This document shows positions 53,301 through 64,000 of a stretch of DNA of 64,000 nucleotides, one piece after another. The notes beneath the pieces were generated by a model. The model did no database searches and was not told where the DNA came from. It saw nothing but the letters and a program-made list of their open reading frames with translations. How positions within the stretch are numbered: the first letter of the stretch is position 1; each line of letters opens with the position of its first letter. The DNA lies in assembly GCA_964057225.1 (NCBI GenBank), contig OZ059894.1, positions 17,174,001 to 17,238,000 on the forward strand, given 5' to 3'. The position numbers and the translations under genes are program-made. Source of the stretch: Auanema rhodensis (taxonomy: Eukaryota; Animalia; Nematoda).

Positions 53301-56300
53301 GAGAGGTCCCGGGATCGATCCCCGGCTCGGCCCACATTTTAACATTTTGTTTCGAGAAGTGTACTTCTTCTTTGTATTTAGTTTAAGTTCTCTTGAAATT
53401 CAATTAGTGTTGAGCTTTAGTATTCACCTATAGATATCAGATTAATAATATTCAGTTAAAAATAATTATGGAAACGTAGAAGGTTCATCGTAGTGAATGG
53501 ATATTTCAGGCCGAGTGGTCTAGTGGTATGATTCTCGCTTAGGGTGCGAGAGGTCCCGGGATCGATCCCCGGCTCGGCCCACGTTTTAACATTTTTTTTC
53601 GAGAAGTGTACTTCTTCTTAGTATTTAGTGGAAGTTCTCTTGAAATTCAATTAATTTTAAGCTTTAGTATTCACCTATAGATATCAGATTAATAATATTC
53701 AGTTAAAAATAATTATGGAAACGTAGAAGGTTCATCGTAGTGAATGGATATTTCAGGCCGAGTGGTCTAGTGGTATGATTCTCGCTTAGGGTGCGAGAGG
53801 TCCCGGGATCGATCCCCGGCTCGGCCCACGTTTTAACATTTTGTTTCGAGAAGTGTACTTCTTCTTCGTATTTAGTTTAAGTTCTCTTGAAATTCAATTA
53901 TTGTTGAGCTTTAGTATTCACCTATAGATATCAGATTAATAATATTCAGTTAAAAATAATTATGGAAACGTAGAAGGTTCATCGTAGTGAATGAATATTT
54001 CAGGCCGAGTGGTCTAGTGGTATGATTCTCGCTTAGGGTGCGAGAGGTCACGGAATCGATCCCCGGCTCGACCCACGTTTTAACATTTTGTTTCGAGAAG
54101 TGTACTTCTTCTTAGTGTTTATTGGAAGTTCTCTTGAAATTCAATTAATGTTGAGCTTGAGTGTTCACCTATAGATATCAGATTAATAATATTCAGTTAA
54201 AAATATATATGGAAAAGTAGGAGGTTCATCGTAGTGAATGGATATTTCAGGCCGAGTGGTCTAGTGGTATGATTCTCGCTTAGGGTGCGAGAGGTCCCGG
54301 GATCGATCCCCGGCTCGGCCCCTGTTTTAACATTTTGTTTCGAGAAGTGTACTTCTTCTTCGTATTTAGTTTAAGTTCTCTTGAAATTCAATTATTGTTG
54401 AGCTTTAGTATTCACCTATAGATATCAGATTAATAATATTCAGTTAAAAATAATTATGGAAACGTAGAAGGTTCATCGTAGTGAATGGATATTTCAGGCC
54501 GAGTGGTCTAGTGGTATGATTCTCGCTTAGGGTGCGAGAGGTCCCGGGATCGATCCCCGGCTCGGCCCACGTTTTAACATTTTGTTTCGAGAAGTGTACT
54601 TCTTCTTCGTATTTAGTTTAAGTTCTCTTGAAATTCAATTATTGTTGAGCTTTAGTATTCACCTATAGATATCAGATTAATAATATTCAGTTAAACATAT
54701 ATATGGAAACGTAGAAGGTTCATCGTAGTGAATGGATATTTCAGGCCGAGTGGTCTAGTGGTATGATTCTCGCTTAGGGTGCGAGAGGTCACGGGATCGA
54801 TCCCCGGCTCGAACCACGTTTTAACATTTTGTTTCGAGAAGTGTACTTCTTCTTAGTGTTTATTGGAAGTTCTCTTGAAATTCAATTAATTTTAAGCTTG
54901 AGTGTTCACCTATAGATATCAGATTAATAATATTCAGTTAAAAATAATTATGGAAACGTAGAAGGTTCATCGTAGTGAATGGATATTTCAGGCCGAGTGG
55001 TCTAGTGGTATGATTCTCGCTTAGGGTGCGAGAGGTCCCGGGATCGATCCCCGGCTCGGCCCACGTTTTAACATTTTGTTTCGAGAAGTGTACTTCTTCT
55101 TCGTATTTAGTTTAAGTTCTCTTGAAATTCAATTATTGTTGAGCTTTAGTATTCACCTATAGATATCAGATTAATAATATTCAGTTAAAAATAATTATGG
55201 AAACGTAGAAGGTTCATCGTAGTGAATGAATATTTCAGGCCGAGTGGTCTAGTGGTATGATTCTCGCTTAGGGTGCGAGAGGTCACGGAATCGATCCCCG
55301 GCTCGACCCACGTTTTAACATTTTGTTTCGAGAAGTGTACTTCTTCTTAGTGTTTATTGGAAGTTCTCTTGAAATTCAATTAATGTTGAGCTTGAGTGTT
55401 CACCTATAGATATCAGATTAATAATATTCAGTTAAAAATATATATGGAAAAGTAGGAGGTTCATCGTAGTGAATGGATATTTCAGGCCGAGTGGTCTAGT
55501 GGTATGATTCTCGCTTAGGGTGCGAGAGGTCCCGGGATCGATCCCCGGCTCGGCCCCTGTTTTAACATTTTGTTTCGAGAAGTGTACTTCTTCTTCGTAT
55601 TTAGTTTAAGTTCTCTTGAAATTCAATTATTGTTGAGCTTTAGTATTCACCTATAGATATCAGATTAATAATATTCAGTTAAAAATAATTATGGAAACGT
55701 AGAAGGTTCATCGTAGTGAATGGATATTTCAGGCCGAGTGGTCTAGTGGTATGATTCTCGCTTAGGGTGCGAGAGGTCCCGGGATCGATCCCCGGCTCGG
55801 CCCACGTTTTAACATTTTGTTTCGAGAAGTGTACTTCTTCTTCGTATTTAGTTTAAGTTCTCTTGAAATTCAATTATTGTTGAGCTTTAGTATTCACCTA
55901 TAGATATCAGATTAATAATATTCAGTTAAAAATAATTATGGAAACGTAGAAGGTTCATCGTAGTGAATGAATATTTCAGGCCGAGTGGTCTAGTGGTATG
56001 ATTCTCGCTTAGGGTGCGAGAGGTCACGGAATCGATCCCCGGCTCGAACCACGTTTTAACATTTTGTTTCGAGAAGTGTACTTCTTCTTAGTGTTTATTG
56101 GAAGTTCTCTTGAAATTCAATTAATTTTAAGCTTTAGTATTCACCTATAGATATCAGATTAATAATATTCAGTTAAAAATAATTATGGAAACGTAGAAGG
56201 TTCATCGTAGTGAATGAATATTTCAGGCCGAGTGGTCTAGTGGTATGATTCTCGCTTAGGGTGCGAGAGGTCCCGGGATCGATCCCCGGCTCGGCCCACG

Positions 56301-59300
56301 TTTTAACATTTTTTTTCGAGAAGTGTACTTCTTCTTAGTATTTAGTGGAAGTTCTCTTGAAATTCAATTAATTTTAAGCTTTAGTATTCACCTATAGATA
56401 TCAGATTAATAATATTCAGTTAAAAATAATTATGGAAACGTAGAAGGTTCATCGTAGTGAATGGATATTTCAGGCCGAGTGGTCTAGTGGTATGATTCTC
56501 GCTTAGGGTGCGAGAGGTCCCGGGATCGATCCCCGGCTCGGCCCACGTTTTAACATTTTTTTTCGAGAAGTGTACTTCTTCTTAGTATTTAGTGGAAGTT
56601 CTCTTGAAATTCAATTAATTTTAAGCTTTAGTATTCACCTATAGATATCAGATTAATAATATTCAGTTAAAAATAATTATGGAAACGTAGAAGGTTCATC
56701 GTAGTGAATGGATATTTCAGGCCGAGTGGTCTAGTGGTATGATTCTCGCTTAGGGTGCGAGAGGTCACGGAATCGATCCCCGGCTCGACCCACGTTTTAA
56801 CATTTTGTTTCGAGAAGTGTACTTCTTCTTAGTGTTTATTGGAAGTTCTCTTGAAATTCAATTAATTTTAAGCTTGAGTGTTCACCTATAGATATCAGAT
56901 TAATAATATTCAGTTAAAAATAATTATGGAAACGTAGAGGGTTCATCGTAGTGAATGGATATTTCAGGCCGAGTGGTCTAGTGGTATGATTCTCGCTTAT
57001 TGTGCGAGAGGTCCCGGGATCGATCCCCGGCTCGGCCCACATTTCAACATTTTGTTTCGAGAAGTGTACTTCTTCTTAGTGTTTATTGGAAGTTCTCTTG
57101 AAATTCAATTAATTTTAAGCTTGAGTGTTCACCTATAGATATCAGATTAATAATATTCAGTTAAAAATATATATGGAAAAGTAGGAGGTTCATCGTAGTG
57201 AATGGATATTTCAGGCCCAGTGGTCTAGTGGTATGATTCTCGCTTAGGGTGCGAGAGGTCCCGGGATCGATCCCCGGCTCGGCCCACATTTTAACATTTT
57301 GTTTCGAGAAGTGTACTTCTTCTTTGTATTTAGTTTAAGTTCTCTTGAAATTCAATTAGTGTTGAGCTTTAGTATTCACCTATAGATATCAGATTAATAA
57401 TATTCAGTTAAAAATAATTATGGAAACGTAGAAGGTTCATCGTAGTGAATGGATATTTCAGGCCGAGTGGTCTAGTGGTATGATTCTCGCTTAGGGTGCG
57501 AGAGGTCCCGGGATCGATCCCCGGCTCGGCCCACGTTTTAACATTTTTTTTCGAGAAGTGTACTTCTTCTTAGTATTTAGTGGAAGTTCTCTTGAAATTC
57601 AATTAATTTTAAGCTTTAGTATTCACCTATAGATATCAGATTAATAATATTCAGTTAAAAATAATTATGGAAACGTAGAAGGTTCATCGTAGTGAATGGA
57701 TATTTCAGGCCGAGTGGTCTAGTGGTATGATTCTCGCTTAGGGTGCGAGAGGTCCCGGGATCGATCCCCGGCTCGGCCCACGTTTTAACATTTTGTTTCG
57801 AGAAGTGTACTTCTTCTTCGTATTTAGTTTAAGTTCTCTTGAAATTCAATTATTGTTGAGCTTTAGTATTCACCTATAGATATCAGATTAATAATATTCA
57901 GTTAAACATATATATGGAAACGTAGAAGGTTCATCGTAGTGAATGGATATTTCAGGCCGAGTGGTCTAGTGGTATGATTCTCGCTTAGGGTGCGAGAGGT
58001 CACGGGATCGATCCCCGGCTCGAACCACGTTTTAACATTTTGTTTCGAGAAGTGTACTTCTTCTTAGTGTTTATTGGAAGTTCTCTTGAAATTCAATTAA
58101 TTTTAAGCTTGAGTGTTCACCTATAGATATCAGATTAATAATATTCAGTTAAAAATAATTATGGAAACGTAGAAGGTTCATCGTAGTGAATGGATATTTC
58201 AGGCCGAGTGGTCTAGTGGTATGATTCTCGCTTAGGGTGCGAGAGGTCCCGGGATCGATCCCCGGCTCGGCCCACGTTTTAACATTTTGTTTCGAGAAGT
58301 GTACTTCTTCTTCGTATTTAGTTCAAGTTCTCTTGAAATTCAATTATTGTTGAGCTTTAGTATTCACCTATAGATATCAGATTAATAATATTCAGTTAAA
58401 AATAATTATGGAAACGTAGAAGGTTCATCGTAGTGAATGAATATTTCAGGCCGAGTGGTCTAGTGGTATGATTCTCGCTTAGGGTGCGAGAGGTCACGGA
58501 ATCGATCCCCGGCTCGACCCACGTTTTAACATTTTGTTTCGAGAAGTGTACTTCTTCTTAGTGTTTATTGGAAGTTCTCTTGAAATTCAATTAATTTTAA
58601 GCTTGAGTGTTCACCTATAGATATCAGATTAATAATATTCAGTTAAAAATAATTATGGAAACGTAGAGGGTTCATCGTAGTGAATGGATATTTCAGGCCG
58701 AGTGGTCTAGTGGTATGATTCTCGCTTAGGGTGCGAGAGGTCCCGGGATCGATCCCCGGCTCGGCCCACATTTTAACATTTTGTTTCGAGAAGTGTACTT
58801 CTTCTTTGTATTTAGTTTAAGTTCTCTTGAAATTCAATTAGTGTTGAGCTTTAGTATTCACCTATAGATATCAGATTAATAATATTCAGTTAAAAATAAT
58901 TATGGAAACGTAGAAGGTTCATCGTAGTGAATGGATATTTCAGGCCGAGTGGTCTAGTGGTATGATTCTCGCTTAGGGTGCGAGAGGTCCCGGGATCGAT
59001 CCCCGGCTCGGCCCACGTTTTAACATTTTTTTTCGAGAAGTGTACTTCTTCTTAGTATTTAGTGGAAGTTCTCTTGAAATTCAATTAATTTTAAGCTTTA
59101 GTATTCACCTATAGATATCAGATTAATAATATTCAGTTAAAAATAATTATGGAAACGTAGAAGGTTCATCGTAGTGAATGGATATTTCAGGCCGAGTGGT
59201 CTAGTGGTATGATTCTCGCTTAGGGTGCGAGAGGTCCCGGGATCGATCCCCGGCTCGGCCCACGTTTTAACATTTTGTTTCGAGAAGTGTACTTCTTCTT

Positions 59301-62300
59301 CGTATTTAGTTTAAGTTCTCTTGAAATTCAATTATTGTTGAGCTTTAGTATTCACCTATAGATATCAGATTAATAATATTCAGTTAAAGATATATATGGA
59401 AACGTAGAAGGTTCATCGTAGTGAATGGATATTTCAGGCCGAGTGGTCTAGTGGTATGATTCTCGCTTAGGGTGCGAGAGGTCACGGGATCGATCCCCGG
59501 CTCGAACCACGTTTTAACATTTTGTTTCGAGAAGTGTACTTCTTCTTAGTGTTTATTGGAAGTTCTCTTGAAATTCAATTAATTTTAAGCTTGAGTGTTC
59601 ACCTATAGATATCAGATTAATAATATTCAGTTAAAAATAATTATGGAAACGTAGAGGGTTCATCGTAGTGAATGGATATTTCAGGCCGAGTGGTCTAGTG
59701 GTATGATTCTCGCTTAGGGTGCGAGAGGTCCCGGGATCGATCCCCGGCTCGGCCCACGTTTTAACATTTTGTTTCGAGACGTGTACTTCTTCTTTGTATT
59801 TAGTTTAAGTTCTCTTGAAATTCAATTAATGTTGAGCTTTAGTATTCACCTATAGATATCAGATTAATAATATTCAATTAAAAATATATATGGAAAAGTA
59901 GAAGGTTCATCGTAGTGAATGGATATTTCAGGCCGAGTGGTCTAGTGGTATGATTCTCGCTTAGGGTGCGAGAGGTCCCGGGATCGATCCCCGGCTCGGC
60001 CCACGTTTTAACATTTTTTTTCGAGAAGTGTACTTCTTCTTAGTATTTAGTGGAAGTTCTCTTGAAATTCAATTAATTTTAAGCTTTAGTATTCACCTAT
60101 AGATATCAGATTAATAATATTCAGTTAAAAATAATTATGGAAACGTAGAAGGTTCATCGTAGTGAATGGATATTTCAGGCCGAGTGGTCTAGTGGTATGA
60201 TTCTCGCTTAGGGTGCGAGAGGTCCCGGGATCGATCCCCGGCTCGGCCCACGTTTTAACATTTTGTTTCGAGAAGTGTACTTCTTCTTCGTATTTAGTTT
60301 AAGTTCTCTTGAAATTCAATTATTGTTTAGCTTTAGTATTCACCTATAGATATCAGATTAATAATATTCAGTTAAACATATATATGGAAAAGTAGGAGGT
60401 TCATCGTAGTGAATGGATATTTCAGGCCGAGTGGTCTAGTGGTATGATTCTCGCTTAGGGTGCGAGAGGTCACCGGATCGATCCCCAGCTCGACCCACGT
60501 TTTAACATTTTGTTTCGAGAAGTGTACTTCTTCTTAGTGTTTATTGGAAGTTCTCTTGAAATTCAATTAATTTTAAGCTTGAGTGTTCACCTATAGATAT
60601 CAGATTAATAATATTCAGTTAAAAATAATTATGGAAACGTAGAGGGTTCATCGTAGTGAATGGATATTTCAGGCCGAGTGGTCTAGTGGTATGATTCTCG
60701 CTTATTGTGCGAGAGGTCCCGGGATCGATCCCCGGCTCGGCCCACATTTCAACATTTTGTTTCGAGAAGTGTACTTCTTCTTAGTGTTTATTGGAAGTTC
60801 TCTTGAAATTCAATTAATTTTAAGCTTGAGTGTTCACCTATAGATATCGGATTAATAATATTCAGTTAAAAATATATATGGAAAAGTAGGAGGTTCATCG
60901 TAGTGAATGGATATTTCAGGCCCAGTGGTCTAGTGGTATGATTCTCGCTTAGGGTGCGAGAGGTCCCGGGATCGATCCCCGGCTCGGCCCACATTTTAAC
61001 ATTTTGTTTCGAGAAGTGTACTTCTTCTTTGTATTTAGTTTAAGTTCTCTTGAAATTCAATTAGTGTTGAGCTTTAGTATTCACCTATAGATATCAGATT
61101 AATAATATTCAGTTAAAAATAATTATGGAAACGTAGAAGGTTCATCGTAGTGAATGGATATTTCAGGCCGAGTGGTCTAGTGGTATGATTCTCGCTTAGG
61201 GTGCGAGAGGTCCCGGGATCGATCCCCGGCTCGGCCCACGTTTTAACATTTTTTTTCGAGAAGTGTACTTCTTCTTAGTATTTAGTGGAAGTTCTCTTGA
61301 AATTCAATTAATTTTAAGCTTTAGTATTCACCTATAGATATCAGATTAATAATATTCAGTTAAAAATAATTATGGAAACGTAGAAGGTTCATCGTAGTGA
61401 ATGGATATTTCAGGCCGAGTGGTCTAGTGGTATGATTCTCGCTTAGGGTGCGAGAGGTCCCGGGATCGATCCCCGGCTCGGCCCACGTTTTAACATTTTG
61501 TTTCGAGAAGTGTACTTCTTCTTCGTATTTAGTTTAAGTTCTCTTGAAATTCAATTATTGTTGAGCTTTAGTATTCACCTATAGATATCAGATTAATAAT
61601 ATTCAGTTAAACATATATATGGAAACGTAGAAGGTTCATCGTAGTGAATGGATATTTCAGGCCGAGTGGTCTAGTGGTATGATTCTCGCTTAGGGTGCGA
61701 GAGGTCACGGGATCGATCCCCGGCTCGAACCACGTTTTAACATTTTGTTTCGAGAAGTGTACTTCTTCTTAGTGTTTATTGGAAGTTCTCTTGAAATTCA
61801 ATTAATTTTAAGCTTGAGTGTTCACCTATAGATATCAGATTAATAATATTCAGTTAAAAATAATTATGGAAACGTAGAAGGTTCATCGTAGTGAATGGAT
61901 ATTTCAGGCCGAGTGGTCTAGTGGTATGATTCTCGCTTAGGGTGCGAGAGGTCCCGGGATCGATCCCCGGCTCGGCCCACGTTTTAACATTTTGTTTCGA
62001 GAAGTGTACTTCTTCTTCGTATTTAGTTCAAGTTCTCTTGAAATTCAATTATTGTTGAGCTTTAGTATTCACCTATAGATATCAGATTAATAATATTCAG
62101 TTAAAAATAATTATGGAAACGTAGAAGGTTCATCGTAGTGAATGAATATTTCAGGCCGAGTGGTCTAGTGGTATGATTCTCGCTTAGGGTGCGAGAGGTC
62201 ACGGAATCGATCCCCGGCTCGACCCACGTTTTAACATTTTGTTTCGAGAAGTGTACTTCTTCTTAGTGTTTATTGGAAGTTCTCTTGAAATTCAATTAAT

Positions 62301-64000
62301 TTTAAGCTTGAGTGTTCACCTATAGATATCAGATTAATAATATTCAGTTAAAAATAATTATGGAAACGTAGAGGGTTCATCGTAGTGAATGGATATTTCA
62401 GGCCGAGTGGTCTAGTGGTATGATTCTCGCTTAGGGTGCGAGAGGTCCCGGGATCGATCCCCGGCTCGGCCCACATTTTAACATTTTGTTTCGAGAAGTG
62501 TACTTCTTCTTTGTATTTAGTTTAAGTTCTCTTGAAATTCAATTAGTGTTGAGCTTTAGTATTCACCTATAGATATCAGATTAATAATATTCAGTTAAAA
62601 ATAATTATGGAAACGTAGAAGGTTCATCGTAGTGAATGGATATTTCAGGCCGAGTGGTCTAGTGGTATGATTCTCGCTTAGGGTGCGAGAGGTCCCGGGA
62701 TCGATCCCCGGCTCGGCCCACGTTTTAACATTTTTTTTCGAGAAGTGTACTTCTTCTTAGTATTTAGTGGAAGTTCTCTTGAAATTCAATTAATTTTAAG
62801 CTTTAGTATTCACCTATAGATATCAGATTAATAATATTCAGTTAAAAATAATTATGGAAACGTAGAAGGTTCATCGTAGTGAATGGATATTTCAGGCCGA
62901 GTGGTCTAGTGGTATGATTCTCGCTTAGGGTGCGAGAGGTCCCGGGATCGATCCCCGGCTCGGCCCACGTTTTAACATTTTGTTTCGAGAAGTGTACTTC
63001 TTCTTCGTATTTAGTTTAAGTTCTCTTGAAATTCAATTATTGTTGAGCTTTAGTATTCACCTATAGATATCAGATTAATAATATTCAGTTAAACATATAT
63101 ATGGAAACGTAGAAGGTTCATCGTAGTGAATGGATATTTCAGGCCGAGTGGTCTAGTGGTATGATTCTCGCTTAGGGTGCGAGAGGTCACGGGATCGATC
63201 CCCGGCTCGAACCACGTTTTAACATTTTGTTTCGAGAAGTGTACTTCTTCTTAGTGTTTATTGGAAGTTCTCTTGAAATTCAATTAATTTTAAGCTTGAG
63301 TGTTCACCTATAGATATCAGATTAATAATATTCAGTTAAAAATAATTATGGAAACGTAGAAGGTTCATCGTAGTGAATGGATATTTCAGGCCGAGTGGTC
63401 TAGTGGTATGATTCTCGCTTAGGGTGCGAGAGGTCCCGGGATCGATCCCCGGCTCGGCCCACGTTTTAACATTTTGTTTCGAGAAGTGTACTTCTTCTTC
63501 GTATTTAGTTTAAGTTCTCTTGAAATTCAATTATTGTTTAGCTTTAGTATTCACCTATAGATATCAGATTAATAATATTCAGTTAAACATATATATGGAA
63601 AAGTAGGAGGTTCATCGTAGTGAATGGATATTTCAGGCCGAGTGGTCTAGTGGTATGATTCTCGCTTAGGGTGCGAGAGGTCACCGGATCGATCCCCGGC
63701 TCGACCCACGTTTTAACATTTTGTTTCGAGAAGTGTACTTCTTCTTAGTGTTTATTGGAAGTTCTCTTGAAATTCAATTAATTTTAAGCTTGAGTGTTCA
63801 CCTATAGATATCAGATTAATAATATTCAGTTAAAAATAATTATGGAAACGTAGAAGGTTCATCGTAGTGAATGGATATTTCAGGCCGAGTGGTCTAGTGG
63901 TATGATTCTCGCTTAGAGTGCGAGAGGTCACCGGATCGATCCCCGGCTCGACCCACGTTTTAACATTTTGTTTCGAGAAGTGTACTTCTTCTTAGTGTTT

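Larger units (their letters stand above)
27635..64000 (+). repeat. Tandem tRNA-Pro(AGG) gene array / tDNA satellite, 247-bp unit (72-bp tRNA + 175-bp spacer), continuing past the window end
   Basis: tRNA starts at 27832, 28079 ... 63883 in 247-bp register. Roughly 115-120 full-length copies plus 6 truncated units, interrupted by two LTR elements. Confidence 0.98.

Noticed and set aside
27635-64000. CRISPR-like repeat/spacer array
   Set aside because: Spacers are near-identical rather than unique, the repeat is a eukaryotic tRNA gene, and there are no cas genes.

Overview
AT-rich nematode (rhabditid-like) genomic DNA, judged from ~45-55 nt introns, TTTCAG-type acceptors and nematode-type tRNA-Pro sequences. 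The first ~25 kb is gene-rich. It holds a tandemly duplicated secreted Gly/Cys + APAPVYS-repeat structural protein gene, a Ly-6/ODR-2/HOT-like gene and a KIN-15/16-like receptor tyrosine pseudokinase. It also holds a 3-exon FLP-21-like RFamide neuropeptide gene missing from the ORF track, tRNA-Pro(TGG), a secreted Gly/Tyr/His/Asp-rich protein gene, and nmr-2 (NMDA receptor GluN2-type subunit) with an intronic tRNA-Pro(AGG). A rearranged junction at ~25-27.6 kb contains a tRNA-bounded duplication of the nmr-2 pore exons, an inverted solitary copy of the array unit and a truncated DIRS-type retroelement. From 27,635 to the window end there is a head-to-tail array of 247-bp units, each carrying tRNA-Pro(AGG): roughly 115-120 full-length copies plus 6 half-tRNA units (hand estimate). 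The array has higher-order repeats, anticodon-switched variants, and two copies of a 3.3-kb non-autonomous LTR element with CG...CG ends and a tRNA-Gln primer site. All coordinates and translations were read by eye and no database searches were run.
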